A DNA stretch of 64,000 bases from Priapulus caudatus. Its lineage: Eukaryota. Position 1 is the stretch's first letter; each line of letters opens with the position of its first letter. The position numbers and the translations under genes were made by a program. The stretch spans positions 239,111-303,110 of the forward strand of contig NW_014577073.1 in assembly GCF_000485595.1 (NCBI RefSeq). Direction: 5' to 3'. Shown here piece after piece: positions 39,458 through 53,367 of this stretch. The notes beneath the pieces are model-generated. The model did no database searches, was not told where the DNA came from, and was given only the letters and a program-made list of their open reading frames with translations.

Positions 39458-40638
39458 GACAGCGTGAGACGTGTACAGGAGCGTTCTCACATAGTACGCT
39501 GCGAGACGCTCGCTATACGGCACCGGTCCGAGTGCTCTAATTACAGGTGTGTTAGTTCGTAACCTCATAACACGCCGACGCTGTTTCCCAGGCGCGACCT
39601 TGCGCCGAGTGTATCAGCGCGCTCAGCGTTGGTATAGGGGTGGAGTGCGCCTAGCTAATGGTTGGCGCTAAGCACTTCAGGTTGGTAGAGCGTCTCGTGG
39701 GTGAGTCTGCGGCTTTGTCGCTCTGTTGTGCCCGCCAGAAAGAGATTTTATCCCGATTTGCTGCGACAATGCTGCGGTGCACGCTCGCTGCAGTGGGGGA
39801 AACATTCACTTTTCACAAAACATCACTCGCTCGCCAACGCGCTAACCCGCCGGAGTTTACTACAGTTACTCATGCTGCTGTTTATGCTGCTGAAGGTGGT
39901 GGCGGTGGTGGCGTTGCCAACTGCAGTATAGCAGCAGATTCCACCTTCAATGCCGACAATCACGCCAAGACGTCGGACCGCTAACTGAGAGTGATTTCAG
40001 ACTAAACGGCAGTAGCGAGTAGTATGGAATCTACATCCGCTAACTGGCTGCCCCTGACAACGCGGGAGAGAGATTTCCACCCCCAAGGACATCAGCGACC
40101 TCTAGCGAGGCGTGCTCCGTTTGCTTTGAAGTTATTGTTTGCATCTCGCGTGCGTTCCGTCCGTAATGGGCGTTTCCGTCGGCGTTGCGCGCACATGACG
40201 CGCTGGCGGCTGCATTTCCCCTCGTGAATCTACGCAGCGTCGTGTGGGCGTGGGAGGGTCGCGCTAGAATGCGCGGGGATGACGGCGGATGAGCAGCATA
40301 ATTAAACGGTGCCCCCGTGTAATGTAAGCGTGCGGAGCATTGCTGTACCCTTTCTCACTGTGCGCTGTGTAATCAGTCAGGCTAGTGTTTACCACCGCCC
40401 GTCTTCAATGCGGGAGAGTAATTACTCACTGACTCCGCGAATGCAAATGCATTGTGTGGGCGCGACCCCCCTATCCCCTATCCCCCTGGAGCAGTATGTT
40501 TGTGCACTGTATGTGCTCATCAGACTGCCCCCAGAGCCTATCCACTTGGTGAGGTTATGCGCGTGCACTTACGGCAACGATAGCGGCGCATTGCCGTATA
40601 ATTACATCAGATGTTTATTAACGTCGAGGACCACTTAA

Positions 40639-41139
40639 AGCCGCACTATGCGCATCCAAACGCTAATTTCTCCAGTACTAGACTAGCAAATACTTCGTGT
40701 CATGCATAATCATACTATACCTTATGACAAAATAAACTCTAGTTCCTCCCATTTCACTGCGCGTTTGCTTAAAACCCACAAGAAAGAGGTGCGAAATCTG
40801 GTAGTCTGGCGCCAACGCCGACTTGTTTGCCAAACAATTTCGCCTCGAAGCGGTTAGGTGACGTCACATGTTTTTTTTTATCTTTGCCACACCCGTACCG
40901 CTGTACCGCAGCACCGCTGCATGGTTGCTTGGGAGAGCAACGCGAAACTGTCAACAACATCGGAGAATTTGAACAACATTGGAGGTATTAATTTTCAAAT
41001 GCCTTTTATAAGACAACGCGCAGTGAAATGGGAGGAACTAGAGTTTATTTTGCCATGAGGTAGTATGATTCTGCATGACACGAAGTATTTGCTAGTCTAG
41101 TACTGGAGAAATTAGCGTGTAGATGCGCATAGTGCGGCT
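40639..41139. mobile_element. Kolobok-type MITE with ~125-bp TIRs, copy 1
   Basis: ttaa|agccgcactatgcgcatc ... gatgcgcatagtgcggct|ttaa; long near-perfect TIRs; second copy at 57245-57734. Confidence 0.82.
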
Positions 41140-43375
41140 TTAATGCTCCTCCCCTGCTGTGGTAAGCCGTTCTATACGTAAGTAGGCGTGCATTCCACGT
41201 GTTGGGTACGGTGTGTGCGTGCACGCGCGCGCGTTCGTGCGTATGTGCGTGCGTTAGCGCAACATTCCTGCGCGATATAGTATCAGTAACAAACACTAAC
41301 AGCGGCAGGCGGAAGAAGACGATTGCTCACAGTGCTTCAGCAGCAATCCTTCCTCCTCCCGCGTCCTCTCTCTCGTCTTTGTTTCTCTCTCGGCAAATAT
41401 CATCCCCGACACGGATTTTTATCAAGGTTGGCCGGGGTAGATATGTTCGCCACGCTGGGTCGACACCGATAGATGGATTTGTGAGTTACGTACTGCCTCG
41501 ATCCCGCACTAACCTTCCGCCTCTGCGCTTGCTAATCAGACCATGAGTAATATTGCAGAATGTAGCCCTTTCATCTTGCCATTCATTGTGTAATGGAGAG
41601 CCGGGACAGTGTAACTACTGCTACTGCTGCTGCAGTGAGGGAGGGGACTCCCCAGGCTGATTGCCAGACAGCAGCTTGCCGCGTAGATGCTGTACGCCCG
41701 TCCAACTATCGATCGCATAGCAGAATGCAGCAGAGTGGCCTGCAAGCTAGTGTTAGTCTCGTTGGGGGTCTGTTACGAATGAATGTTTTAACACTAAAAA
41801 ACCGCTCCAACCGACGCTAGAAAGTTGTACGGAGATAAAAAGCGGGCTTTTAACGACGATGTATGCATTCAAATTGCAACAACGAATAATATGACAACCG
41901 GCCAACCGAAAACTGTGTTAGGATGAAAACCAGGTGAAATATAAAAGAAAACGATAGAAAAGCGAAAACGGGGGCGGGGGGTAGGGTGGACGAGAGCAAG
42001 CATTGTCAAGGAGAAAGCACATAAAAGAGGGTTGAAAGATAAGCAGGGAACTAGATGTGTATACTCATGAGCGGATATAGTTCGTTGTTAGAAAGAGATT
42101 TGCTGAGAGCTAGCTGTCATTATACAGCAGATGTGAGCAGATATCTAACTCTCACGGGAGACTAGCACGTAGCCAACCGTCGGAAGAACCCAGCAGAGAG
42201 TTATAGCAGTGCAGTGTTGCAGGCAATCTTCCCTGTGTTTGGGTGTTCCAGCTTATCAGTGCACACAAGAAGGTAATCTACAAACACCTACACGTTTGCA
42301 TGGCAACGCACACACGCGGCTAATTCCAGTGGCCGACCTGTGGTATCAGATTACAGCAGTCGCCGGGTGAACTTACACACGGTGTGTGCGTTCGTGCTCT
42401 GCGGGTTACACCTTTTGCTGCTTCTGGTGTTCGGTCGCATTGATCGATAGACTGACTCTCCACGCGTGACTTCGCGGTGCTCCAGTGCCTGCGTGAACGC
42501 GTCGGCGGCGGCGGCTGCTGATTCTTGGCATTAGCATGCTCGTGTTCGTTCTAGGTGACATACATTATTTATGAATATGTCTTGTCGAGTAGCTGGTTCG
42601 CTGTTCGGCAAAAAATGATGTTTGATGTGCAATTAAATGCGCATAGGCGGTCATATATAAGAAATGTAAAATTATCACAAGGTTTTGATTATATGTGGTC
42701 CAGAGTATTGGACCACATATGACACATATGACCACATATGCTTGTCATCGTAAACAATAGGAAAGTACTACTGGAAAGTGACCTCAAACGCTCTGTAAAT
42801 TGATAAATAGTAGTTGACTGGCGGTTACTAGATGATTTTCGAAGTAGCTTGCGCTGGAAAATAGGCCATTACTTGGGTTGAATACGGACGGTGGTAAGGT
42901 TAAATTCATTGGCGTACCAAATTCATTAACCGTCCCTCTTATTAGTGCGTCATGAGACGCTCCGGCCACAGCCGCAGAGCCCTGTCGAGTCTGCAGGCAG
43001 GTGAATGTTTACCAAAAGGTCAGGTAGTATAGCCGGACTGGCGGTGTGAAAATGGTCAAGCAGACAAGCAAAAACTTATTGTTTTCTTGCAGTTGTGATC
43101 GTTGTACAGCTGGGGAGATACATACAGTGGAGAGCTTTCCAGAATAACGTTCAAGATTGTTTTCCACGCATCAATAATATAGCGGTAATCCTCGATAAAA
43201 AACCACTTCCCCATAAAACCATTCCTGCAAGGCCAACATAAAGGGCGCTCAATTTTTAAAGGCATTCATGGATCCTGCATCAAGCCCTGCTGAAAATCGA
43301 ATTCTAAACTCTTTTCGGTGTTTTATTTTAAACTATAGTTAAGGTAATTCATGTATCGCCTTTATGCCTACATAC

Positions 43376-43738
43376 TAGTGTTGTCAATCGGTTGTAATTT
43401 CGTAATCGATCATCGGTTGGACCCAAGTAACCGATGATCGGTTACAATCGGTTACTCGGGGTGTTGAATGCCTGCGTGTGCATAACGTCGTGTTCATGTA
43501 CGTGTGTGCATGTTGTGCTTGTTTAGCCCTGTTTACTGTTTGTTTTGCACTGTTTACTACTGTGTGTATAATACATGTATGTGAATAAAGGATAACTTGT
43601 ATAGTAGCAATGATATCTCTGATTCTCATCTTTTTTTTTTTCCCGATGAAATCGATTATTGATTTTGATAACCAAGCGCTTGGTTCGAGCCACTGTTCAA
43701 CCGATGATCGAGTATAATCGATGATCGTGACATCACTA
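43376..43738. mobile_element. hAT-type MITE with perfect 8-bp TSD
   Basis: CTACATAC|tagtgttgtca ... tgacatcacta|CTACATAC; subterminal aatcg/atcggtt repeats. Confidence 0.85.
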
Positions 43739-45090
43739 CTACATACTGCATGTGGTTGAAATAAAATAGACGATCTTGATGTAATAGTATTGTATGGACA
43801 CTAAGTTAGAGTTTATTTGTCAGACATTAGCAGTAATAATTGCATTGCCCACGCAAGTAAGTAATGTCGAATTTCGAGCTGGGAAGACTTTTTACAGGAA
43901 TAATGCTCTTTAAGCCACGTGCATTCATACGTTAGGCGTGTCCCGCGCCAAACATAAAAGAGGGCATTGTTGTAGTTGCAGTTGAGCTGCAATTATTAAA
44001 ATTCAGTTGCAGTGAGTCAGTACCAGATTATATGCTTCAAAATTGTGTCACTCACTGATCGAACGCTGTGCGCATTAGAGACTCTTTTCAAAGACGGCGT
44101 AACAACGCAGTTAAGCTTACAGGTAATTAATGGCGATTATGTCCCATATACTCATATGGACTCATATACTCATGCTATATTCTTCTGTAAGGATGAAGAG
44201 AACCGGGACATGTTGCAAGGTCGTATCTGTATGCGAGACTCACAGGCTGTTCAGGTTAGGTGTGCGCCAGAATAACATGGTGAAAAGAGTGATGTATATT
44301 CATATTAAAACTATTGTGATGTTTGACAAAAACCTCAGCTAAAACATTGCAGGCTTTTCGACGTATACAGCTGGTGGAAATATAGCAACTCGGCCTCGAT
44401 TCGAATCATTAGAAATTGAAAAAAAATACTGTGATAACAAAATACTGTATTCGGCTAGAATTAACGGCAAACTGCGATGTACGGAAGTTGTCTCGCTAAG
44501 CACGTGCTAACAGGCCCCTCAGGTAACTAGACATAACACCCATGTGTGACATCTAAGAGCAACCTGCGAAAGATTAAGAGTTTCCTTGCTGTCGGAGCCT
44601 TGGCTGGAGTAGGCGTGATTGCCCGTGTGTTGAGCACACACACATCGAGGCCCATTTCATGAGTCATGCATAAGATGGCCATTGAACCAGCGCAATAACA
44701 CTGGTTGCAAAACAAACAGCGGTCAGTGGGATCGACCATGCGGGTCGGCAAGTAGCGGGTCGGTGTTTACAGGTAAGTAGTACAATAACAGATGTACGCA
44801 CGCTATATGCTTATAGCTAGCTGCGATATCGCGGTTATTACATCCCGTGCGTGTTATAAGCCACGCTTTTCTATACGGTCTGATCGCGGCGCGCCAGTAT
44901 TGCAGTAACGCACAATGTCCGCCCATCATCTTACATCTCACCTACTCAGGCGGCAGACAGCACGCGGATTACGCCAGGGCTTATTGCGCGAGATGTGCCG
45001 ATCTGCTGTAATAAAGCGCGGCCTATAAGCGGCAGTATATAGGCATATAGCGGCCTCGGCTTCTAGCTGTGTGTCAATCCGGCAATTCTG

Positions 45091-46840
45091 GGGCGCGTTT
45101 CACAAAGCTCCGTTATAGTTCTCCGCTGAGTTGTCCGTTCGCTGATTAGCGAACGGAGGCATAACGGAGAACTTGGCGAACGGACAACTCCTGTTTCACG
45201 AACGCTCCGCTATGCCTCCGCTAAATAGCGGAGGAAAGCAGTCAGTCAGCTGGCAGATAACTACAAACATGTGTTGCAGTTGCTAGATTACGTTCTATCA
45301 TATACATAAGCAACAGCGCTGTGACAGATCTCTGAGCTCAGGGACTCTCTCGGACCTCTGGACGTGCCTTCTGATCTCACTTAACGCTATGGCAGAGATT
45401 GGGTCGTGTGCCGTTGGCTTCTCTCGTCTCCTCTCTTTCTGGCCGTTTGCTCTCTCGCGTGCTATGTCTTGCCTATTTCGCTCTCTCTCACGCTCTGCTT
45501 CTCTCTCTGTTGCGACTCTCTCTCTTCTTTCTCTTTCTCGAAAACTCTAGACAGACAGCGGTTCCTGAAAGAAAAAACGTGCACGCCTCTCTCGTTGTGT
45601 CTCTCTCTCTCGTTCTCTCTCTCTCTTCTCCTCTTCTCTCCTCTTCCCGCTCTTTCTGTGGCATCTCGTCGCCTCGGTCTGTTATATGGATGTTGTGTGT
45701 GGGTTGCACTGCTTTTATATGCATCTTGGCGTGATAGTGTGTCGTCGGTTGCTTGGTGGGTGTGGCGTGTGTGGCGTGTGTGCCCGTGGGCGTGTGGCGC
45801 GTGTGCTGTGGGCGTGTGCGTGTTCTGTGCGTGGCGTGTGCGTGTGCGTGCGTGTCTCTCTCCTCTCTCGCTCTCTCTATCTGGGTGTGTGTGTGTTGTG
45901 TGGGTGTGTGTGCGGCGTGCGTGGCGTGCGTGCGTGGTGCGTGCCGTGCGTGCGTCGTGCGTCTTGGGTGCGTTCGTGCTCGCCGTGCAGTGTGCGCGTG
46001 GCGGTGTCTCGTTGCGTGTTGCTGGTGATTGTGTGTTTGGTGGGTGTGTGCTGTGTGAGTGAGGTGTGTGCGTGTGGTGTCGTGCGCGCACCCCCACAGT
46101 CAAATTCGGCTGTGTGATGTATGTGTGTGCTCTGCTACAGAGTGCGTGTGTGTGGAGTGTGTGTGTGGATGGAGTGTGCGGAGTGTGCACGCCCATGTAC
46201 GTTCCACGCATGCACGCCAGAACCCCACGCAGCACCCCGTATACGGTCCGTCTCTACGCACGCCACGCCACCGCACGTTCAACCGCTACTCGTTCTATGT
46301 CTGCTCTACTTCTTCGCCCCTTTCCCCTTGTGCCGCCCACATCTCATTTATACCACACCAGCATACACTGCTGCACACATCATCACACGCACGCGACGTC
46401 CACGCGCACGCATGCACAACTACCACCCACTCCCCCGCACACAACCACACACATACCACCCTCATCCGCACCCTACACACTCAACTCCGACACACACCAC
46501 ATCACCCGCACACACTCTANNNNNNNNNNATAACATGCATACGGCAACATGCACGATAAACAGCCAAGACTATTTTTATTACGTAAGCTCTTATTTCATG
46601 GTAGTTTAGTGCGAATTTTGCATTTTTATGGGTTTTATATATACCATAGAGCGCTCCGCTAAATTTAGCGGGACGTGCAGGAGCTGCCGCTCAAGTTGTC
46701 CGCTAAAGTGCGATAAAAAGCGAGCGACTTTAGCGAACGGAGGTTCGTGAAACGCGTCCTCCGCTATTTAGCGGACAACTCGGGAGTTATCGGAGGAGAT
46801 AGCGGAGAATATAGCGAACGGAGCTTTGTGAAACGCGCCC
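45091..46840. mobile_element. Non-autonomous PIF/Harbinger-type element (CWG flanks) with microsatellite-filled interior
   Basis: ctg|gggcgcgtttcacaaagctccgtt ... aacggagctttgtgaaacgcgccc|cag: 24-bp perfect TIR; subterminal tccgct/agcgga repeats. Confidence 0.8.
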
Positions 46841-49361
46841 CAGGTCCGATCATCCGCTTGCATCGCATCATCCTTCGTCGACCCTATCTACGTGATGGAA
46901 GCGATGGGATGCGAGGAGGACCGCGGCCGTATCTATTTCGTTAGCACCGGTAGCCACAGAGCTCACCGGCGTCCACAGCAGAGCCTTGTATAAACCGCCC
47001 ATGCGGGATTAGAGCGGCTTACCTGCCGACGACTGTTTTCCGTGATAACAACGTGGAGCGCTGTAGCACTATACGCTCTCCCGCTTGCTCGCCGTGAATG
47101 CATTTCGCTAAGTCGTGTTGCTAAAACAGAGGTGAAACGTAATCTTTCGTTAGGCTCCACATCTGCCGAGGCAGGGTTAGCGCCACGAGGCCGGCCCAGA
47201 TTGGCCGTTACGCCGATGACAGACACGGCGCAGCTTAGCGGGCAGTTCTTTCCCGGCCCCTGGTTGCTGTTTCCTCGCCACCACACACACTTGTGCACGC
47301 CTGCCTAGTATGGTATGTAAGCTAAACCTAGGGTCGAATGAACCGGCAAGGCGCGACCAGTTTTGGTTTCGCTCCTATATCCTGCCACGCGCACTGCCGC
47401 CCTCGTTTGTCACACAATGTTTCTGTTTCTGCATCGCTTTCACTTTCACTGGGAAGATTTCCATCGGTATAGCAGTCGGGAAAACGGTTGTGTAGCGAGT
47501 AAGTTCGCCGGCGCGTAAAGTTTAAGCGATTTTAGCGCGTTTGCATTTGAACGATGTTTTAGTGAGAGTGGCGGCTCAACCCGCCACACTAACGTTAGAT
47601 GTCAGCTGTAGCAGATCGAGTAACAACTCCATTAGGTAGCCGTCGTGTGCGAAAATGTCTGACAGCGAAGGGCCGTCCGTGCCTGCGCGGACCGACCCGC
47701 AGTGCGCCGCTGTTTCATTAGTGCTGCGGCCATCTGCTAGCTTCTGGCTGAGATCTTCTCTTCGTTCTAAAGATATTGAATAACGGCTAAGACGTTATCT
47801 TCTCGCACATATAGCGCTATGATGAACATTCGATGGATTAATCAGTGCTATACAAACGTCCGAGCACACTGCTCCTCGTATACACGTGATGAGGAGGGAT
47901 GGGATATCAGTTCTAAATCACGTTAAGGGGCTTGGGAAGTTTATAGAAACGGCAGCAGGGCACAGTGTAGGACAGCAGGAGTTTAAGTTTAAACACACGC
48001 CGAAGTGGGAGGCAATGTCAGATAGGGGTAAACTTCAGAATACCGGCAATAGCCCACCCCGGGCCACGCTTTGTTGTTGTGCTTATTATAGCAACCGTTA
48101 GCCGTTCAACTACATGCAGCAACTAAAAACAGAAAATAGTGAACGAAAACTAAGAAAGAAATTGTTTGTGAGCAGTGTTTATGCAAATGTTCTCTCAATC
48201 TGTTAGACTGCTAAGAGACGGGAGTGCTAGAAAAATATTGTTCTAAACTCCCAACTATTTCGTTCAGTTTAGCTTTGAATGGCGCAGTGTGTATACGCAC
48301 GCACGCGCATACAGGCGCGTACACGGAGGCCCACAAGTGCTGGTCCCATGCTGCCTTCTAGAGCAAACATTTTCGGCGCTAACAGCAGGCGGGCAGCTCT
48401 CGCAAACAACCGCCAAGACGGCTGCCTCTTAACTCTGCGAACGTGACTGGTCGGAATTGAGGTGAGGTGTGCTGAGATATCGACTGTGGAAGATTAGCCG
48501 AGGCAGCGCTGGTGCAGAACCGCGCTTACGTGCCGGTGCGTTGACACGGCCCGCATGGAGCCGTGACTCCTTCATCCTCTTTCTTCCCCGGCGCACTGAT
48601 AACATCAGCGTGTCTGAAAACGACGCAGCATTCTCCGGCGTGTATCTCTAAACGAACGAAAGAACGAAAAGAAAGAAGGAAATAAAGAAAGAAAGAAAGA
48701 AGCGTGTAAAGAACGAGACGAAACTCGCGTGTGTTACAGGCGTGTGTTACTGGGGGGGGGGGGTCTTCGCCCGTTGACGTTAGGAGCAGAATGTCAAAGC
48801 TGTTGTAACCGACTTAGTCGGTTTGCTATGTTATGGTTCTTCTTTTGCGGAATGTGAGCTTTTTGCTGTTAGCATAACTGCGTGGAGAGAAGGCAAGCGA
48901 ACTCGCTCCCCGTGTTTAGACTGTGTACCCATAAACCAGCGAACTGTGTTGACACGAATTCACCGTGTCTTTGCGTTGGTCTCGCTATGGGTAGGCGTAC
49001 TACTCACTTCAGTTACTATATGCTACTACCCTACTTCACCTTCATAGCACTAACTAGGTAAGTGCAGGGGATGTCTGTCTCACTAGGTCAGGCTCTTTCA
49101 GACAAGGTCGATAATGTTGACCACGCGACAATACTGACCTCTAGCTAACGCTGACCAAGGCTACATAATTTCTGATATCATGAGATGGTTCCATGCACAC
49201 TCACAGTTCATATAGTGCATGTGCATAGAGTACTAGTACTAGTGTTTCCGGCAGCTGCCCGTGTCTGAACTGGAAGCGTCGACAGGAGAATTTAAAGAGA
49301 CCCCCCCCCCAATTTAGAGGTAGATGGGTGGACAGGTGTCTGTCTATTCTCAGGATACCAT

Positions 49362-49438
49362 CAGGAGTGAATAATAAAGATAATCTCTATTATAATATCT
49401 CTTAATTTAATTTTAATAATCTCTATTATTCACTCCTG
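49362..49438. mobile_element. Micro foldback element, copy 2 (TSD degraded)
   Basis: caggagtgaataata ... tattattcactcctg; flanks ataccat/ttagcag match at only 4 of 7 positions. Confidence 0.6.
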
Positions 49439-50686
49439 TTAGCAGCAGGCATCCTGCCACCCATGCGCCGCCCCCGAGATGAGCATGAGTGTGCTGCTAT
49501 TTTATCATCGCTATAGTAAACAGTAGGCCGGCGGGGAAGTTGCAACGCTGCATGACTCATTCATTGATTGCATGCGCTCCTGTCATGACGGCAACTACTC
49601 AGACATTCCAAAGAGGTACCGGATGCGATGTGATGTCGGCGATTGTGCGTTTGCTATATCATAGCAGATCAGCTACTTTACGTGGGTTCTGTCCCGCTAC
49701 GCGTTTACAATAAGAGTATTAAGACCACAACAGCGCGCGCGTGCGTGCGTACGTGCGGGTGTGCGTACACGCATGCATCACGTATGTGTTCTTGCGATTG
49801 AGTCAATTTCTGCTTTTGCTTAGGCAATTCGATAGCGGATGAATGATTTGTAAAAGTATGAAATCCGTACAACAGTACTTGAGGGAGGCGCAAAGGTAAG
49901 CGTCAGAGGTCAGTATGCACTTCAGGCATCTATATGATAATATCCATAGCGGCGGTCACCTACACGTATAACAGCACGGCCGCACGCATGGCTGCGCGCT
50001 ATTGAAATGTCTGTAGGAAATAGATATAAAACTAGTATCTGGAACTAGCATTGATGGATGGGGAGAGCTGACAGTACGTACAATTCACAGCGCCTGGGTG
50101 AATGCACTGAGCACCCGGCCGCGTATTATTGCAAGGAACATGTCGAAAAGTACCTTTTGCTCGTAATTTACTCGTATCGTGCGCACATGAGGTGCAGTTA
50201 TGATGCGCATCTGTCTGCGGCGAACATTTCTTTGTCATCATATGCGACATTTATGCTGATGTCCACTGGACACTTGGACAGTCTGAGTAGCTTTATGAAG
50301 AGAAGATCGGCTCAGACGCTTAGGTGATTACAGGTGTAAAACTAAATTATCTTGAAATTATGCATCAGCGCTACTAGCTTTAGTGCCACAGGAAGTGGCT
50401 TTCTAGTGTGACCGTGCCCGCGTGCGCGAGCAAATCCAAGCTGTAGATGCGCAAGGCAAGGCCACGATCTCCTGATAGACATTTGTAATTCAAATTCATC
50501 GATGTTATGACCGATCGAAGCAGGTTTTACGTGCAATTGCATTGTGCGTTCTGGTGTTTTTCTCGAGTATGTGATCTGTGTCCCGCTTAGGTGTTTGCTT
50601 GAGTTGCAATTCTGTGGCTGTGTCGGAAAGTATGTGGCGTTGACGTCGTCTATATAATATAGTCTCTGACTATAATGCAGCTCATA

Positions 50687-50927
50687 GGGTCTATGTCCCC
50701 AGGGGTCTGCCGGAACGGTACCCTGGGTACCGGTCCGGTATACCGAACGTACCCTTGGTAACTATCTGATTATGGTTAGGTTAGGGTTAGGGTTAGGGTT
50801 AGGGTTAGGGAGTAGCGTGGCAACGACTCCTAGACTCCGTGTTAGTGGAAGTAGCGCGACGACCGCGGTCCGGCATATTAGATAGTACTAGGGTACGTTC
50901 CGGCAGTACCCTGGGGGACATAGACTC
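50687..50927. mobile_element. TIR MITE carrying an internal (TTAGGG)5 array
   Basis: gggtctatgtccccaggggtctgccggaacg ... cgttccggcagtaccctgggggacatagactc; TTAGGG x5 at 50781-50810. Confidence 0.78.
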
Positions 50928-51344
50928 TCTCAGCATAACTGCACCGAGCCGGTATACAGTAGATACACTGGCATGTAGGCACACGAGCAACAGACTAGTT
51001 TATTTTCACTACTCAGTTTGTTCTGCTCGTGTTATGATTTTAATACCAATGATAATAGTGTTGGCGTAATAATAATATTGGCCTTGTTTTCGATTAGAAC
51101 TGATCCCGTGAAATTTCACTTCTCGTGTTTTTCCGAAATTAATTTGATATTCGATCCACATCAAATTTGTTTATTTTTAGTTCTCACATTATTTCCCCGT
51201 TTCTCTATTTTAATACTAGTGATAATATTGTTGGCGTAGTAATAATAATGTCATCAATTTCTATTTGAATTAATCTTGTGAGATAGGAATCTTTTTGCTG
51301 AAAATTCAAAAGACATGGCATTCGTACGTTTAATTTATATATAA

Positions 51345-51610
51345 ATTACCTCCGCCCAACGGAGTTGGAGGAGGTTATGTTTTCGCTCTCGTGTGCGTGT
51401 GTTCGCGCGATCGATATTAGCGCGTCAGCCAGCGAGCCAGCGAGCCAGCCAGCGCAGCGAGCCAGCGAGCAGCAGCAACGAGCGGCTGCTACGAGCGAGC
51501 GAGCACACTGGCGTATATCGTGGGTTATTCGTGTGTTCGTGAGTCGTATGGCGTATGGCGTATGTCGCTGGCGGAGGTATGCACTCTCCGTGAGTGCACT
51601 CTGTCTAGTT
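51345..51610 (+). mobile_element. HINE/DINE-1-like element, copy D
   Basis: ttacctccgcccaacggagttggaggaggttatgttttcgctctcg ... ggcggaggtatgcactctccgtgagtgcactctgtctagtt. Confidence 0.78.
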
Positions 51611-51653
51611 AGTTGTGCGAACAGTACGGTAGTAGGTGTACACTATAATGTTG

Positions 51654-52004
51654 CGGGGTGCGAAATTAACGGGAGTCCGGAGTCAAATACTCCTTGATTT
51701 ACTGTCGGACTCCCTGATTTGACATATGCAGGAGTCCGTGTGACTCCCTGAAAATTCTGCCATACTAACTTGTTCGTTCCAGAGCACGGCCTCGCGGAAT
51801 TACCGTATGTTTTCAGCTAATGTCCATAGAAAATTTGGCAGACGTGCAACCCCATGAATATTAAAAATAAGCACATGCGTTATTGTTAATATCTTTAATT
51901 TTGAACCACAGACTGCGGACTCCCTCATTTTGCTGCGGACTCCCTCTTTTTGAGGGTAGGGAGTCCGTTGGACTCCCGTTTTCAAAAGTTAATTTCTACC
52001 CCTG
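51654..52004. mobile_element. hAT-like MITE
   Basis: cggggtgcgaaattaac ... gttaatttctacccctg imperfect TIRs, repeated ggagtcc/ggactcc motifs, atgttg on both flanks. Confidence 0.6.
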
Positions 52005-53223
52005 ATGTTGTTAATACGGTGCATATACGGTATCCCACTTTCCAATGGCGATAAATATCTTAATCCCATCATTCTTTATCTGTCAGTCGTTTCCGATTTT
52101 TATGTGTTAATTTTTACCACCATCGCCACGAATCACATAAATTTTCGATTGAAGCGGATATTTGAGAAGCCTTTTGGCACACATTTTGACAGAACACTTC
52201 ATCTAGAACGCATTACTGTCAACTTTATTAATCCACGCTGGAGACGGTTAATGAGGTTCTCGCTGCGTGAGTCGCCGCGTAATATTTGACCCAGTGAAGA
52301 CTAATGCATCGTTTTTGCGTGGCGGGTGATCTAGGCTTGCTGCTGACACTGTTTGTGTTCGCCACCATCCGTTTATAGCGAGAGCTACGGGAGGCAAATA
52401 CTTCGACAAGCCTCTGCGGTATTTAGCCTTCGCGTAATCGGGTTGGGAGGCTACTCAGGCTAGCAAGGATAAGTAAGAAGAGGCGAGCCCGTGATCAGCA
52501 GTGGCGCCCGTGAGTCATCGAGGCAGTGTGGCGTAATAATGAGTTTAAAAGACGAGACGTTTGCGTTGAAAGTTTAATAATTTACTTGCTTCGGGGGATG
52601 AGCGTGCCTCATGACGAGTTTAGAGAGGAGATCTCTCACAGGCTGCTCGCAAAATCTCCCCTTCGTTCCTTTCTCTTTGATCAAGCAGCGGCAATTTTTT
52701 TCCACTGGACCCTTATACGGAGAGTAATTATGGCCTAGAAATGCTTTGTGTCGGCGAATTTGGATCGGTGGGCTGTCTAGATCACTGATCTGTCAACAAT
52801 GGTTTTTCGAATGCGAATATAAAAATGTTCAATTAACACATGGTACCTGTTTTGCGAATTAATTTCTAATTGCTCGTTAATACTTTGTAGCGTATACATT
52901 TTTTATTGTATTTCATTATGCCGTGTAGAGAGCAAAGTCGGAAATACTTTATACGTCCGTCTAGCGATAATCTGCACCAGCGCACAGGGAAAACGTTCAC
53001 GATTGCTCTGCTGATGAGATAGTATCGCTGTCTGGTTTCATCAGTGCGTTGCCCTTATCCTCTTGTCTGCAGTGAGATGCTAGACATTTATCTGCATTGT
53101 CGCAAAATCGACCGGATCCGAGCCTCCGGGATTGGATCGCTTGTCGGCGGCGCGCGCGCTGAGCGGGGGCGTGCGTCCCCCGAAAGGCGCACGGCAGCAA
53201 TACCAATATTGAAAATCGCAAGT

Positions 53224-53367
53224 ATGACTAGTGCGCATAAACGCGCGCGCCAAGAGCGCTCAGCAATGAAATTACTTTGGGAAGAGAATGAGCCAAATTG
53301 GTTTCCCGATCAACATAAGAAGCGAAACGCAAACAGGCTACAGCAGCTGTTGAACAAACAGGACGCG
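53224..53367 (+). CDS. Candidate alternative first coding exon within Girdin intron 3
   Basis: MTSAHKRARQERSAMKLLWEENEPNWFPDQHKKRNANRLQQLLNKQDA, then GCG|GTAAGT in phase 0; non-repetitive, protein-like composition; no homology recognised. Confidence 0.38.

Noticed and set aside
40858..41058. Similar short ORFs here and at 57296-57652 (..QRAVKWEELEFIL)
   Set aside because: Similarity comes from two copies of a non-coding MITE, with frame differences between copies.
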